A stretch of 64,000 bases of DNA from an uncultured Candidatus Rokubacteria bacterium. Lineage in GTDB: Bacteria; Methylomirabilota; Methylomirabilia; Rokubacteriales; DASRDR01. Shown here piece after piece: positions 52,863 through 63,587 of the stretch. The stretch covers positions 160,001-224,000 of the forward strand of contig CAWDVE010000021.1 in NCBI GenBank assembly GCA_963805625.1, given 5' to 3'. The number at the start of each line of letters is the position of its first letter. Position 1 is the stretch's first letter. The notes beneath the pieces are model-generated. The model did no database searches and had not been told where the DNA came from. It saw only the letters and a program-made list of their open reading frames with translations. A program made the position numbers and the translations under genes.

Positions 52863-52878
52863 AGCAACCCGCGTGCCA
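52863..52878 (-). promoter_or_regulatory. sigma-54 (-24/-12) promoter upstream of glmS
   Basis: Minus strand TGGCACGCGGGTTGCT matches the consensus TGGCACG-N4-TTGCW exactly, about 50 nt upstream of the ATG. Confidence 0.8.
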
Positions 52879-53036
52879 GCCCGGGGACGATCACCCCGCT
52901 CGCCCGCCCGAGGTCTGCTGCTCGGCCACTTGGGTTCGGCGGCGCCGGGCTGTTGCTGTCACGCAACCTCGAACCCCATGCCGCGTTTCACCTCGGGCGC
53001 TCGGGCGCGCGCCGTCCAGCTGCCTCCCTGAACCGG

Positions 53037-54503
53037 TCAGGGCACCGGGTCGACCCGACTGTTCTCCACTCCGGGACGACCCCGGCGCCGCGCCGTCCAG
53101 CCCTCCTTGACGTCCTGCGGCGCCCGCTCGACCGCCAGGGCTCCGGGGGGCACGTCCCGGGTGATCACGGACCCCGCGCCCACGTACGCGTCGTCTCCGA
53201 TCGTGAGCGGAGCCACCAGGCTCGCGTTCGTCCCGACGAACGCGCGCGCGCCGATCCGCGTCTGGTGCTTCCGCATGCCGTCGTAGTTGCAAGTGACGGC
53301 GCCGGCGCCGATGTTGGCACCCTCGCCCACCGTGGCGTCGCCGATGTAGCCGACGTGGTGCGCCTTGACCCGGCGTCCGATCGTGGCTTGCTTGATCTCG
53401 AGGAAGTTGCCGATCTCGGCTCCGGGCCCGATCCGCGCGCCTCGGCGCAGGCGGGCAAACGGGCCCAAGGTCGCGTCGTCCTCCACCCGGGCTTCATCGA
53501 GCACGCAGTAGGGGCGGAGCGTGACGCGATCCCCGAGGGCCGTGTCGGTGAGCTGGGAGCCCGTCCCGATCACGCACTCTTCCCCGATCACCGTGCGCCC
53601 GGCGAGGCGTACGCCGGGATGGAGCACGGTGTCGCGGCCGACGGTCACGGCCGTGTCGACGTACGTCGCCGCCGGATCGACCACCGTGACCCCGGCGGCC
53701 ATGAGCGCGTCGAGGGTGCGCGAGCGCAGGAGCCCCTCGAGCGCCGCGAGCTGCCGGCGGTCGTTGACGCCAGCGACCTCGCGCGGGTCCGTCACGCGCA
53801 CGGCCTCGATCCGGCTCCCGCGCCGCGCCAGCTGGCCGATCACGTCCGTCAGGTACACCTCGCCCTGTACGTTGGCAGGCGCGGGCCGGGCGACGGCCTC
53901 GAGAGCCGGCCATAGTCGGCGCGGGTCGAAGCAGTAGATCCCCGAGTTGCACTCGCGGCCGCGCCGCTCGGCCGGCGTCGCGTCGCGCTCCTCGACGATG
54001 GCGCGGACACGGCCGTCCCGGCCTCGGCGGACGCGCCCGTAGCCGCTGGGATCGGTCGGCACGAACGTCAGGAGGGTGGCGGCCGCGCGCGCCGCCCGAT
54101 GGCGCGCGAGAAGCGCAGCGAGGGTCGCCCTGTCGAGAAGCGGCACGTCACCGTAGAGGAGCAGGAGCTCGGTGGCCGTGTCCGGCACCTCGGGCCGCGC
54201 CCGACGGAGGGCGTCTCCCGTGCCCCGGGGCTCCGGCTGCTCCACGAAGCGCGCCCCGAGGTCGGCGAGCGCCGCTCGTACGGTGTCGGCCCCGGGGGCC
54301 ACGACGACCACCGTCCCCGCCGTCCCGGCCTCCCGCACGAGCGCGACCGGATAGCGGACCAGCGGCTGTCCTCCCAGCAGATGGAGGATCTTGGGCCGAC
54401 CCGACCGCATGCGCTTGCCCTCGCCCGCGGCGAGGATCACGGCCCAGGTCTCGCGCGGGATGGGGCGGCTTCGGGAGCGGCCCATCCCGGCCGGCCTAGA
54501 CAC
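53037..54503 (-). CDS. glmU: bifunctional UDP-N-acetylglucosamine pyrophosphorylase/acetyltransferase
   Basis: ILAAGEGKRM, GTGDA, GDVP, YGRV, YLTD, GPFARLR, TCNYDG and hexapeptide repeats. Confidence 0.97.
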   Translation of the reverse strand: MSRPAGMGRSRSRPIPRETWAVILAAGEGKRMRSGRPKILHLLGGQPLVRYPVALVREAGTAGTVVVVAPGADTVRAALADLGARFVEQPEPRGTGDALRRARPEVPDTATELLLLYGDVPLLDRATLAALLARHRAARAAATLLTFVPTDPSGYGRVRRGRDGRVRAIVEERDATPAERRGRECNSGIYCFDPRRLWPALEAVARPAPANVQGEVYLTDVIGQLARRGSRIEAVRVTDPREVAGVNDRRQLAALEGLLRSRTLDALMAAGVTVVDPAATYVDTAVTVGRDTVLHPGVRLAGRTVIGEECVIGTGSQLTDTALGDRVTLRPYCVLDEARVEDDATLGPFARLRRGARIGPGAEIGNFLEIKQATIGRRVKAHHVGYIGDATVGEGANIGAGAVTCNYDGMRKHQTRIGARAFVGTNASLVAPLTIGDDAYVGAGSVITRDVPPGALAVERAPQDVKEGWTARRRGRPGVENSRVDPVP

Positions 54504-55512
54504 GGGCCGTCACCGGCCGCCGGGCGGGGCCGCCGCGCCGGATGAGCCGCGCGAGGACGCGGCCGAGCTTCTCAGGGTGGTGCCGCGCCAGCTCGGTGGG
54601 CCCCGCCACATCCGCCTCGGTGAGCCAGACCCCGAGGGCGCGCACACGCTCCCGATCGATCGTGAGGGGGCTCGCTCCCGCCCGCGCGTAGCGAGCCACC
54701 ACGTCCGGTGGAAACGGGCGCCCGTGCACCACGATGCCGTCGATGACCCCCCGCCCGCCGTGGGCGTACATCGCCTCCAGGTGATCCCCGAGCGACATCC
54801 GATCCGTCTCGCCGGGCTCCGTCATCAGGTTCGCCACGCAGATCTTGAGCGCCGCCGCCGCCCGCAGCGCGTCGGCGACCCCCCCGACCAGGAGGTTCGG
54901 GATCAGGCTCGTGTAGAGCGAGCCCGGCGCCAGGACCACCACGTGCGCGTGGGCGATGGCCTCGAACACCTCCGGCAGCGCCCTGACATCGCCGGGCTCG
55001 AGGAAAACGCGCTGGATGGGCACGCCCTGCCGCGTGATGTTCGACTCCCCCAGGACACGTGTGCCGTCGGCCAGCTCGGCCCCGAGCCGCACGGCGGTGA
55101 GCGTCGAGGGCAGGATGGTCCCGCGCACGGCCAGCACCTTGCCGGAGATGCGAATCGCGTGCAGGAAGTTGCCCGTGACCTGAGTGAGGGCGGCGAGGAA
55201 GAGGTTCCCGAAGCTGTGGCCGGCGAGCTGCCCCTCGCCCGGGAACCGGAACTGGAAGAGCTCCGCCATCAGGGGCTCGACCTCCGCCAGGGCGACGAGG
55301 CAGTTGCGGATGTCGCCCGGGGGAAGCACCTGGAGCTCCTCGCGCAGACGACCGGAGCTGCCCCCGTCGTCGGTCACGGTGACCACGGCCGTCAGGGCGG
55401 CGACGCGTCCGCCGAGGTAGCGCTTCAACGCCGTGAGGATCACCGGGAGGCCCGTGCCGCCGCCAATCGCGACGACCCGGCGCCCACCATTGTGTCGCCC
55501 GCGCGCAGCCAT
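54496..55512 (-). CDS. yvcK: YvcK/GlmR family protein (UDP-GlcNAc-binding, CofD-like)
   Basis: IGGGTGL, TDDGGSSGRLR, PPGDIRNCL, GHSFGNL, PGSLYTSLIPNL, NLMTEPGET. Confidence 0.93.
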   Translation of the reverse strand: MAARGRHNGGRRVVAIGGGTGLPVILTALKRYLGGRVAALTAVVTVTDDGGSSGRLREELQVLPPGDIRNCLVALAEVEPLMAELFQFRFPGEGQLAGHSFGNLFLAALTQVTGNFLHAIRISGKVLAVRGTILPSTLTAVRLGAELADGTRVLGESNITRQGVPIQRVFLEPGDVRALPEVFEAIAHAHVVVLAPGSLYTSLIPNLLVGGVADALRAAAALKICVANLMTEPGETDRMSLGDHLEAMYAHGGRGVIDGIVVHGRPFPPDVVARYARAGASPLTIDRERVRALGVWLTEADVAGPTELARHHPEKLGRVLARLIRRGGPARRPVTARV

Positions 55513-55521
55513 GTCTCGATC

Positions 55522-56568
55522 TTAGCGCACGCGGGTCCGCGGGCCCTCGGTCCACGGCAGCTCGCGAAGCCACGTCAGGAGTGCGGCGAATGCCGGCGGG
55601 GGCGGCGCCTCGAAGCGGAGCCACGCCCCGCTGGCGGGATGGGTGAACCCGAGGACTGCCGCGTGGAGCGCCTGGCCGCCGAGCCCGCCCACGTGCGCCG
55701 CAAGCTCGGGGTCGAGCGGCGCCGTCCCGCGCCGCCGATAGGTGCGGTCGCCGACGACGGGGGCTCCCAGATGGGCGAGGTGCACGCGGATCTGGTGTGT
55801 GCGCCCCGTCCCAAGGGTGGCCTCGACCAGCGTCAGCGGGGCCGGACGCACGAACCGGTCGACGACTCGATAGCGCGTGAGCGCCGGCCGGCCCGCCCCG
55901 GCCGGGCGCACGGCCATCCGGAGCCGGTCGCGTGGATCCCGTCCGATGGCGGTCTCGACCACGCCCGCCGCGTGCGGGAGCCGCCCGTGAACCAGCGCCA
56001 GGTAGCGCCGCTCGACAGTCCGCGCCTTGAGCTGGCGGGCGAGCGCCAGATGCGCGTGATCGTTCTTGGCGACCGCGAGGAGTCCGGAGGTGCCCCGGTC
56101 CAGCCGGTGGACGATGCCGGGGCGCCGCGCCCCCCCGATGCCGGAGAGCCCCGGGCCGCAATGGGCGAGCAGCGCGTGGACGAGGGTCCCCGTCCGATGT
56201 CCCGCGCCGGGGTGCACGACGAGCCCCACCGGCTTGTTTACCACCAGGAGGTCGGCGTCCTCGTAGACGACGGAGAGCGGGATGGGCTCGGGCGTGAGCG
56301 CCACGGGCTCGGGAGGCGGGACCTCGACGGTGACCCGCGCGCCCGCACGCAGCCGGTGACTTGCCTTGGCGTGGCCGTCGGTCACCAGAACCCGCCCGGT
56401 CGCGATCAGCGCCTGGAGGCGTGTGCGCGAGAGATCGGGCGCGCGCACCTGGAGAAAGTGATCGAGCCGGGTCCCTGCAGCCCCGGGCTCGACGACGAAG
56501 CTCCGGGGCGCCGGGGCGCCGGAAGCCGCGCCAGGCTCAGGCGTCGGGGGGGGTCCGCCGCGGGACAT
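55522..56568 (-). CDS. rluD: RluA/RluD family pseudouridine synthase
   Basis: S4 domain RLDHFL...SRT, NKPVGLVVHP, GIVHRLDRGTSG, TGRTHQIRVH, QALHA. Confidence 0.92.
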   Translation of the reverse strand: MSRGGPPPTPEPGAASGAPAPRSFVVEPGAAGTRLDHFLQVRAPDLSRTRLQALIATGRVLVTDGHAKASHRLRAGARVTVEVPPPEPVALTPEPIPLSVVYEDADLLVVNKPVGLVVHPGAGHRTGTLVHALLAHCGPGLSGIGGARRPGIVHRLDRGTSGLLAVAKNDHAHLALARQLKARTVERRYLALVHGRLPHAAGVVETAIGRDPRDRLRMAVRPAGAGRPALTRYRVVDRFVRPAPLTLVEATLGTGRTHQIRVHLAHLGAPVVGDRTYRRRGTAPLDPELAAHVGGLGGQALHAAVLGFTHPASGAWLRFEAPPPPAFAALLTWLRELPWTEGPRTRVR

Positions 56569-57031
56569 CGTCCCGCCCGAACGCCAGCTCGGCGGCCAGG
56601 AGTGACACGCCCACGGTGATCGCCGAGTCGGCCACATTGAATGCCGGCCAGTGGTAGCTGCGCCAGAAGACGTCGAGGAAGTCCACTACCGCCCCGAACC
56701 GCCAGCGATCGAGAAGATTGCCGGCCGCGCCGCCGAACACGAGCCCGATGGCCAGGCGCGCCACGATGCTCCCGCGCGGCAGGATGCGGAACGCGAGGGA
56801 GCCAAGCAGTGCCAGCGCGGTCAGCGAGAACAAGCTGACGATCCAGCGCCACCCGGGCGGCACGCCCGCAAAGATGCCGAAGGCGACGCCCGGGTTCATG
56901 ACAAGCACGAGGTGGAAGAAGTCCGGAATGACCACGACCGGGTGGGTCGCGTCCAGGCGCGCGAGCGCCCACTTCTTGGTCAGCTGGTCCGCGACGAACA
57001 CCGCCGTCGCGATTCCCAGCACGAGCACCAT
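56537..57031 (-). CDS. lspA: lipoprotein signal peptidase
   Basis: DQLTK, NPGVAFG, GAAGNLLDR, VVDF, WPAFNVADSAI; follows ileS. Confidence 0.96.
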   Translation of the reverse strand: MVLVLGIATAVFVADQLTKKWALARLDATHPVVVIPDFFHLVLVMNPGVAFGIFAGVPPGWRWIVSLFSLTALALLGSLAFRILPRGSIVARLAIGLVFGGAAGNLLDRWRFGAVVDFLDVFWRSYHWPAFNVADSAITVGVSLLAAELAFGRDDVPRRTPPDA

Positions 57032-59889
57032 CAGACCGTGCCCGCGCGGATGATCGGCAGACAGCGCTCGCAGAGCGCCGGGTGCTCCGGGTTCTGGCCG
57101 ACGGCGGGACTCCACGTCCAGCAGCGGCCGCACTTCTTGCCGTCCGCGTGTCGAACCTCGACCGCGAGGCCCGGGAGCGCGGTCTCGCGCAGCACGACGC
57201 GATCCGGTCCCGTCGCGAGCCCGGCGGGCGGTCCGCCCCGGACGATTTCGAGCTGCGAGACAATGAACAGCTCCCGCAGGAGCCGAACGCCCGCCTGCTC
57301 CACGAGGGCCTGGAGGCCCGGGTCGCTGACGTAGAGGGTCACCTGGGCGTCGAGCGCCGCGCCGATCAGCTTCGTGGCGCGCGCGGGCTCGAGTGCCTTC
57401 GCCGCCTCGCCGCGGACTCGGAGCAAGACCTCCCACCCCTGTTCGACGCTCTCGTCGAGCCATGACCGATCGACGGCAGGGAAGTCGGTGAGGTGGACAC
57501 TCCGCGCCTTGTCGGCCACCCGGAAATGGTCCCAGACCTCCTCGGCCGTGAACGACAGGATCGGCGCCATCAGGCGAAGGAGCGCGTCCAGGATGCGGTA
57601 GCAGGCCGTCTGGGCCGCACGGCGCTCCGGGGCGTTCGCCGCCGAGGTGTAGAGCCGGTCCTTCAGGACGTCGAGATAGAGCGCCGAGAGGTCCACCGCA
57701 CAGAAGTTGTGGAGGCTCTGGAACGCGAGGTGGAACTCGTACGTCTCGTACGCCTTCCGTACCCGCTCGATCGTCCGGTGGAGCCGCAGCATGGCCCAGC
57801 CGTCCAGGCCCGTGAGCGCGGCATCCGGGACCGCGGCCGCCGAAGGGTCGAAGTCGGCGAGGTTCCCGAGGAGGAAACGGCAGGTATTGCGAACCCGCCG
57901 GTACGCCTCCCCCAGCTGGCCGAGGATTTCGTCGGACAGCCGGATGTCCGCGGTGTAGTCCTCGCCCGCCGCCCAGAGCCGCAGGACCTCCGCCCCGTGC
58001 TTCGCGATGACGTCGCCCGGCGCCACGGTGTTCCCGATGGACTTCGACATCTTGCGCCCGGCGCCGTCGACCACGAACCCGTGGGTGAGAACGGCGCGGT
58101 ACGGCGGACGCCCGCGGGTGCCCACGGCTTCGAGCAGGGAGGAGTGGAACCACCCGCGGTGCTGGTCCGAGCCCTCCAGGTACATGTCCGCCGGCCAGCG
58201 CAGCTGGGGGTGCTTTTCCAGGACGGCCGCATGGCTGCATCCGGAATCGAACCAGACGTCGAGGATGTCAGTCTCCTTCCGGAACGCACGGCCGCCGCAC
58301 TTCCCGCACGCGGTCCCGGCGGGGAGCAGCTCCGAGGCCGAGCGGAGGTACCACTCGTCGGCGCCCTCGCCAGCTTCCATCCGGGCGGCGACGTGCTCGA
58401 CGATCGGCTCCTCGAGGAGCGTCGTGCCGCAGGCCTCGCAGTAGAACGCCACGATCGGGACGCCCCACACGCGCTGGCGCGAGATCGTCCAGTCGGGTCG
58501 GTGGGCGATCATGTTCGTGATGCGCTCCTCGCCCCACGGCGGGATCCACTCGACGGTCGGGAGGGCGGCGAGCGCCTGCTCACGCAGGGTCCCAGCATCC
58601 CCTCCTCGCGGCACCTGGTCCAGCGTGATGAACCACTGCTCGGTGGCCCGGAAGAGCGTCGGGTTCTTGCAGCGCCAGCAGTGGGGATACGTGTGGGTGA
58701 GGGGCACCTCGGCGACCAGCGCCCCCCGTTCCTTCAGGAGCGCGATGATCCGCGGGTTCGCGTCCCAGACCGTGAGCCCGGCGAAGTGGGTGACCTCAGG
58801 GATGAAGCGCCCGTCGTCGTCGACCGGGTTGTAGATCGGCAGCCCGAGCGACCGTCCGAGCTCGTAATCCTCCTCGCCATGGCCCGGGGCGATGTGGACC
58901 AGGCCGGTCCCCGCGTCCATCGCAACGAACGAGGCCGCCGCGATCCGGCCGGTGCGCTCGATCCAGGGGTGCCGGTACTCGAGCCCCGCGAGCTCGGTCC
59001 CCTCGAAGGTCCGGAGGCGGCGCGCGGACGTGAGCCGAGCCACCCGGACGACCTGGTCGGCGAGGCCCGCGGCCACGATGAGGGTCTCGTCACCCGTGTC
59101 GAGGGCCACGTACTTCTCGCTCGGGTTCACCGCGACGGCCAGGTTGGCCGGAAGGGTCCAGGGGGTCGTCGTCCAGATCACGACCGACTGGCGCGGGGCG
59201 CCGGCGAGCCCGGGCGCGGGCGCCACGAGCGGGAACTTCACGTAGACCGACGGGGTCTCCTGCTCCTCGTACTCCACCTCCGCCTGGGCGAGCGCCGTCT
59301 TGCAGTGCATGCACCAGTTGACGGGCTTCAGCCCCTTGTAGACGAGACCCCGGCCGACGAAGCGTCCGAACTCGCGAACGATGGTCGCCTGGTACGCGGG
59401 CGCCATCGTCAGGTACGGGTGCGCCCAATCGCCGAAGATCCCGAGCCGCTGGAACTCCCCGCGCTGGATGTCGATGAACCGGAGCGCGTAGGCGCGGCAG
59501 CGCCGGCGCTTCTCGGCCGGATCCATGGCGCGGCGCACATCGCTGCCGGCCTTGTCGAGCCCGAGCTCCTTGTCGACCTGATGCTCGATGGGCAATCCGT
59601 GGCAATCCCACCCGGGCACGTAGACGGCATCGTGGCCGAGCATCGTCCGGGACTTGACCACGATGTCCTTGAGGACCTTGTTGAGCGCGGTCCCCATGTG
59701 GATGTGCCCGTTCGCGTAGGGCGGGCCATCGTGGAGAATCCAGCGCGGGCGGCCTCGCCCGCGGGCGCGAAGCTCCCCGTAGAGGTCGTCGGCGTCCCAG
59801 CGGCGGAGGAACTCCGGCTCCCGCTGGGGCAAGTTCGCCCGCATGGGGAAGTCGGTCCGGGGAAGGTGGAGGGTCGTCTTGTAGTCCAT
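57031..59889 (-). CDS. ileS: isoleucine--tRNA ligase (type 1)
   Basis: [41 protein letters not shown]-terminal CxxC...CxxC. Confidence 0.98.
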   Translation of the reverse strand: MDYKTTLHLPRTDFPMRANLPQREPEFLRRWDADDLYGELRARGRGRPRWILHDGPPYANGHIHMGTALNKVLKDIVVKSRTMLGHDAVYVPGWDCHGLPIEHQVDKELGLDKAGSDVRRAMDPAEKRRRCRAYALRFIDIQRGEFQRLGIFGDWAHPYLTMAPAYQATIVREFGRFVGRGLVYKGLKPVNWCMHCKTALAQAEVEYEEQETPSVYVKFPLVAPAPGLAGAPRQSVVIWTTTPWTLPANLAVAVNPSEKYVALDTGDETLIVAAGLADQVVRVARLTSARRLRTFEGTELAGLEYRHPWIERTGRIAAASFVAMDAGTGLVHIAPGHGEEDYELGRSLGLPIYNPVDDDGRFIPEVTHFAGLTVWDANPRIIALLKERGALVAEVPLTHTYPHCWRCKNPTLFRATEQWFITLDQVPRGGDAGTLREQALAALPTVEWIPPWGEERITNMIAHRPDWTISRQRVWGVPIVAFYCEACGTTLLEEPIVEHVAARMEAGEGADEWYLRSASELLPAGTACGKCGGRAFRKETDILDVWFDSGCSHAAVLEKHPQLRWPADMYLEGSDQHRGWFHSSLLEAVGTRGRPPYRAVLTHGFVVDGAGRKMSKSIGNTVAPGDVIAKHGAEVLRLWAAGEDYTADIRLSDEILGQLGEAYRRVRNTCRFLLGNLADFDPSAAAVPDAALTGLDGWAMLRLHRTIERVRKAYETYEFHLAFQSLHNFCAVDLSALYLDVLKDRLYTSAANAPERRAAQTACYRILDALLRLMAPILSFTAEEVWDHFRVADKARSVHLTDFPAVDRSWLDESVEQGWEVLLRVRGEAAKALEPARATKLIGAALDAQVTLYVSDPGLQALVEQAGVRLLRELFIVSQLEIVRGGPPAGLATGPDRVVLRETALPGLAVEVRHADGKKCGRCWTWSPAVGQNPEHPALCERCLPIIRAGTV

Positions 59890-59934
59890 GAGAGTGAAAA
59901 CTGCGCGGCAGCCGCCCGCCGCGCAGTGGACGAA

Positions 59935-59963
59935 AGCGTAGCATCCACGCGTACTTGTGTCAA
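59935..59963 (-). promoter_or_regulatory. sigma-70 promoter for the ileS-lspA-rluD-yvcK-glmU run
   Basis: Minus strand TTGACA-N17-TACGCT with a TG extension. Confidence 0.7.
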
Positions 59964-60025
59964 GGAATGCGCCGTCGAACGAGAGCGCGCGCGTGGTTCT
60001 CGGGGGCGCGGCCGACGGCCGCGGC

Positions 60026-61558
60026 TCAGCCGCCCAGAGCCGCCGAACAGGCCAGCGGGGCGGGCTGGCGGGCCCGGTGCCACGCGGTCTCGTACACCGC
60101 CATCGTGGCGGCGCCGGCGACCACGTTGTGGGCGAGGGTCACCCCCGTCACCGGCCGGAACAGGTCCGCCCGCGCCGCGAGTTCGGGAAACCAGGCCGGG
60201 AAGATGACGAGGTATTCCGGGCACCGCCGGCCGAGGTAGCGGAGCAGACTAGCCTCGCCCTGCCGGCGGTACGGCAGGATCTCGGGTGTGACCAGGCCCA
60301 CCAGGTCGATCACCCGACGCTCGCCGAAGTACGCGAGCGCCCCGACGTCGTTGAGCGCGATGAGCGTGTCCGGCGGCGTGTGGGCCGCGACCCAGCGGCC
60401 GAGCTCCACCTGCATGGCGTTGATGTTCTGCACTCCCCACGCGTAGGCGGTGGCCCCGGCCGGCAGCCGCGAGGCGAGGCCGAAGAGGAGCAGGACCAGG
60501 ACCGCGCCGCGCAGACGACGAACGGAGAGCCACCCGAGAACGCGTTCCAGACCAATGAGCGCCACCACCACGGCGAGCGGCAGCAAGTGGGAGGAGTAGC
60601 GCCCGCTCTGAAAGCCGGGCCCCCGGTACGGAGCGACCAGCGCCATCGCGACGGGGTGGAGGAGCAGCGCGGCCGCCAGCCAGGAAAGGCGGCACGCGCG
60701 CCCTGCGACGAGACCCACCACCACGAGCGCCGGGAGCGCGAGATGATCGCGCGCCAGAACCGCGCCCCACTCGACGAGGAACGCGGTCCCCTGGTGCATC
60801 GCTACCGCCCAGGCGTTCGCCAGGCCCTCGGCCTGCCCGAGGAGCCCGCCCTCGACCTTGGCGGCGGCAGGCGCCGGAATGAGCCGGCCTCCCACGATGA
60901 GGTTGAAGACGACCGCCGGGGCGACGATCGCGGCGGAGACCGCGACTCGGCGGAGCGCCTCCCGCCACCGGCCGGCGCCGAGCGCGTGAAGCCCGACCAG
61001 GAGGCCCGCCTCGGGACGAGCCAGCGTCGCGAGCCCGAGCCCCGCGGCGCCCAGCCCGGCCCGATCGGCCGCGACGGCCCAAGCACCGGCCGCCACGCAG
61101 AGCGCCGCGAGCGGCACCTCCATGCCCGAGAGGGCGCCCCACACGAGACGACTCAGCACGACGACGGCGAGGCCGGCGCCCCAGGCGAGACCGGGCGGGA
61201 GTCCGGCCGCCCCTGCGAGGCGGCGCGTGACAAGCCCCGTGGCCGCCCCGCAGGCAAGGCCCAGCGCCTTCGCGGCCGCCAGGCCCGGCACTCCGACCAT
61301 GAGGAGGCCCGCGAGCGTCACACTCCAGAGCGGGGCCGTCGACGCCGCGACCGGCTCGCCCCGGTTGATGCCGAACCCGCCACCCGTCGCCAGGTTCCGC
61401 GCGAGCCGGAGGTGGATCCATCCGTCGTCGAGCGGCAGGCCCGGGGCGCCTGCGATCCGGCTTTCCGCGACGAGGAAGACGGCGACGGCTAGCGCGCCGG
61501 CGGCGAGAAGCAGGAGGTCCCACCGGTCGAGGCCCGCGGGCGACGACCGCGCGGCCAT
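60026..61558 (-). CDS. polytopic membrane protein, GT-C-like glycosyltransferase
   Basis: [15 protein letters not shown] after TM1, [26 protein letters not shown], and a C-terminal DVGALAYF...IDLVGLVTP domain. Confidence 0.7.
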   Translation of the reverse strand: MAARSSPAGLDRWDLLLLAAGALAVAVFLVAESRIAGAPGLPLDDGWIHLRLARNLATGGGFGINRGEPVAASTAPLWSVTLAGLLMVGVPGLAAAKALGLACGAATGLVTRRLAGAAGLPPGLAWGAGLAVVVLSRLVWGALSGMEVPLAALCVAAGAWAVAADRAGLGAAGLGLATLARPEAGLLVGLHALGAGRWREALRRVAVSAAIVAPAVVFNLIVGGRLIPAPAAAKVEGGLLGQAEGLANAWAVAMHQGTAFLVEWGAVLARDHLALPALVVVGLVAGRACRLSWLAAALLLHPVAMALVAPYRGPGFQSGRYSSHLLPLAVVVALIGLERVLGWLSVRRLRGAVLVLLLFGLASRLPAGATAYAWGVQNINAMQVELGRWVAAHTPPDTLIALNDVGALAYFGERRVIDLVGLVTPEILPYRRQGEASLLRYLGRRCPEYLVIFPAWFPELAARADLFRPVTGVTLAHNVVAGAATMAVYETAWHRARQPAPLACSAALGG

Positions 61559-61563
61559 GCTGC

Positions 61564-63228
61564 CTACCGGAGGCGAGCGACCGCCGTCACGGGGACCAGC
61601 TCATAGCCCGCATGGTCAACCGTGCCCCGACGGACCCGCAGCACGTAGAGCGAGCGGCCGTGCGGGAGCGGACGAGCCTCGAGCGCGCCCGGCCGGGGAA
61701 GACCCGGGTGCCACTCGTCGACAACCCAGACGAGCCGGCGAGTCGTCAGGGGGAGCGGCACGCGCCACTCCGCCACGGCCGCCATGCTGCTGAGCCCCCG
61801 CGAGGCCAGATAGCCGGGACGGGCCTCACCGAGCCTGAGATGGTACGTCGTGTACTCGGGCAGGTAGTACGTGACGTGGCGGAACCAGGGATACGAGCGC
61901 GGGTTGCCGAGCTCCGTCACGAGCACGGTGTCACGCGGGTCGAACTGACTCCGGATGGCCGCCACGTAGTCGCCGATTACCGCCTCGTGCTCGCGCAGCC
62001 CGGCAGCGGTGTGGCCCCAGAGCCGGAATCGGTAGAGCGCACGGAGCTCGGACGTCACGCGGGCCCGCCACGACATGGCGGCTGCGGGGTTCGGCGCGTC
62101 CACCGGGCCCGCGGTGGTGAAGAACGCGACATGCGCCCCGAGCGTCCCGGCCAAGGCCAGGCCCGCCAGCGCGCCGCGCCACGCGGCCGGCATGCGGACC
62201 TCCTGGAACCGCTGCCAGAGCGCCACGAGGGACCGACCGACCACGAGGTAACAGGCCGGCAGTACCGTCAGGAGGTAGCCGTGCTGGCCCAGGTGCACCA
62301 CGGTATAGACCACGAGGGCTGGCAGCGTCCAGAGAGCAAAGAAGACCGCGCGGTCACTGCCCTGGACGAGGCGGACCGGTCCCCGCCAAAGCCCCCACGC
62401 CAAGACGGGCAGGAAGACGCCGACCCCGATGAGGAATGCCTCGCCCAGGCCGCCGACGTTCCGGGTCCAGCCGCCCCCGAGGAGGGTGGTCGCGCGGACC
62501 GTTGACTCGTAGAGCTCGGCGGTGGCGGTCAGATAGCGATCGACGCCGGTGAGCCACAGCATCGGCCCGAGCCAGGCCGCCGTCGTGAGCAACACGAGGC
62601 CGAGGCCGGCAAGAACGGGCCCCGGCCGTCGGAACCCGCGCCACGCCATGCCGAGCCAGAGCGGGCTCAGGACCAACAGCATCGACTGGCGCACCCCGCC
62701 CGCCAGACCGAGCAGCACGGCCGAAGAAACGAGCGCCCCCATGCTCCCCTGTCGCATCGCCCACGCGCCGACCGCAATACCCGTGGCGAGCGCGGCCTCG
62801 GCGGTATAGGAGAGGCCGACCACGCCGTACGACCAGAACAGCGGGCTCACCACGAGCCCAAGCGCGGCCAGCGTGGCGACGCCGCGGCCATAGAGATGCC
62901 ACCCGAGCTGGTAGAGCAAGAGCACCGCGAAGGCACTCGCGACAATGGCCAGACCGCCGAGGGTCGCAGCGGGGTCTCCCAGCACCACGCGGGCGAGCCG
63001 GCCGAGCGCCACGTAGAGGATGTAGCCCGGCGGGTGCGGCTGATGCCGGACCACGTCGTACCGCTCGAGGGCGAGTGCGAACTGGATCGCGTCCCAGGTC
63101 GGCAGGAGGCGCACCCGGTAGGGCCAGCGGGTTGCCAGGGTCAGGCCCGCGATGGCCAAGGCGAGTGCCCAGTCCGCCCGCGGCATCGCGACGCGAGGCC
63201 CTGGCCCGAGCCCGAACGGCGGGGTCAT
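61564..63228 (-). CDS. polytopic membrane protein, GT-C/DUF2723-like
   Basis: WDAIQFALAL...QPHPPGYILY after TM1, LAGGVRQ, HGYLLTVLP; many TM segments. Confidence 0.7.
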   Translation of the reverse strand: MTPPFGLGPGPRVAMPRADWALALAIAGLTLATRWPYRVRLLPTWDAIQFALALERYDVVRHQPHPPGYILYVALGRLARVVLGDPAATLGGLAIVASAFAVLLLYQLGWHLYGRGVATLAALGLVVSPLFWSYGVVGLSYTAEAALATGIAVGAWAMRQGSMGALVSSAVLLGLAGGVRQSMLLVLSPLWLGMAWRGFRRPGPVLAGLGLVLLTTAAWLGPMLWLTGVDRYLTATAELYESTVRATTLLGGGWTRNVGGLGEAFLIGVGVFLPVLAWGLWRGPVRLVQGSDRAVFFALWTLPALVVYTVVHLGQHGYLLTVLPACYLVVGRSLVALWQRFQEVRMPAAWRGALAGLALAGTLGAHVAFFTTAGPVDAPNPAAAMSWRARVTSELRALYRFRLWGHTAAGLREHEAVIGDYVAAIRSQFDPRDTVLVTELGNPRSYPWFRHVTYYLPEYTTYHLRLGEARPGYLASRGLSSMAAVAEWRVPLPLTTRRLVWVVDEWHPGLPRPGALEARPLPHGRSLYVLRVRRGTVDHAGYELVPVTAVARLR

Positions 63229-63297
63229 GCGGGTGACGGTCAGCGTGATAGCGGGACCGTGAAGCGGGAGGGACGGGACGGGCGCGTCAGGCGGAGC

Positions 63298-63480
63298 TCA
63301 GGCGCCCTTCTTCTCCTCGTGGGGCTTCTCGGCCTTGGCCTCGTCCTCGCTCTGCCCCTTCTTGAACTCAGACATGCTCTTCCCGAGACCCCGCGCCAGC
63401 TCGGGCAGCTTCTGCGCCCCGAACAGGAGCAGGACGATGACGAGGATGATCATCAGTTCCTGGTAACCCAGACCGAACAT
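63298..63480 (-). CDS. tatA: twin-arginine translocase subunit TatA/E
   Basis: [34 protein letters not shown]. Confidence 0.96.
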   Translation of the reverse strand: MFGLGYQELMIILVIVLLLFGAQKLPELARGLGKSMSEFKKGQSEDEAKAEKPHEEKKGA

Positions 63481-63508
63481 GCGAGCCCTCCGCCGTGAAG
63501 TGTGCCAT

Positions 63509-63536
63509 ACCTTACGCCGTTTCAGCGGCCTGTCAA
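63509..63536 (-). promoter_or_regulatory. sigma-70 promoter for tatA
   Basis: Minus strand TTGACA-N16-TAAGGT. Confidence 0.6.
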
Positions 63537-63587
63537 TCAGCGCGGACCCCCACCGGCAGGATGACTCCCAGCAGGAGCCCGAAGCCG

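Noticed and set aside
52811-53036. Canonical glmS ribozyme
   Set aside because: AGCGCC is present, but the GACGAGG core and the P2-P4 pattern are not.
59680-59730. IleRS HIGH motif reads HMGT, a possible mupirocin-resistance variant
   Set aside because: The enzyme is otherwise an ordinary type 1 IleRS, and this substitution alone does not support a resistance claim.
63229-63587. tRNA-Sec (selC) or selenoprotein genes near selB
   Set aside because: No cloverleaf or TCA anticodon arm in the flanking intergenic regions. I noticed no gene with an in-frame TGA followed by continued homology, though this was not checked exhaustively.
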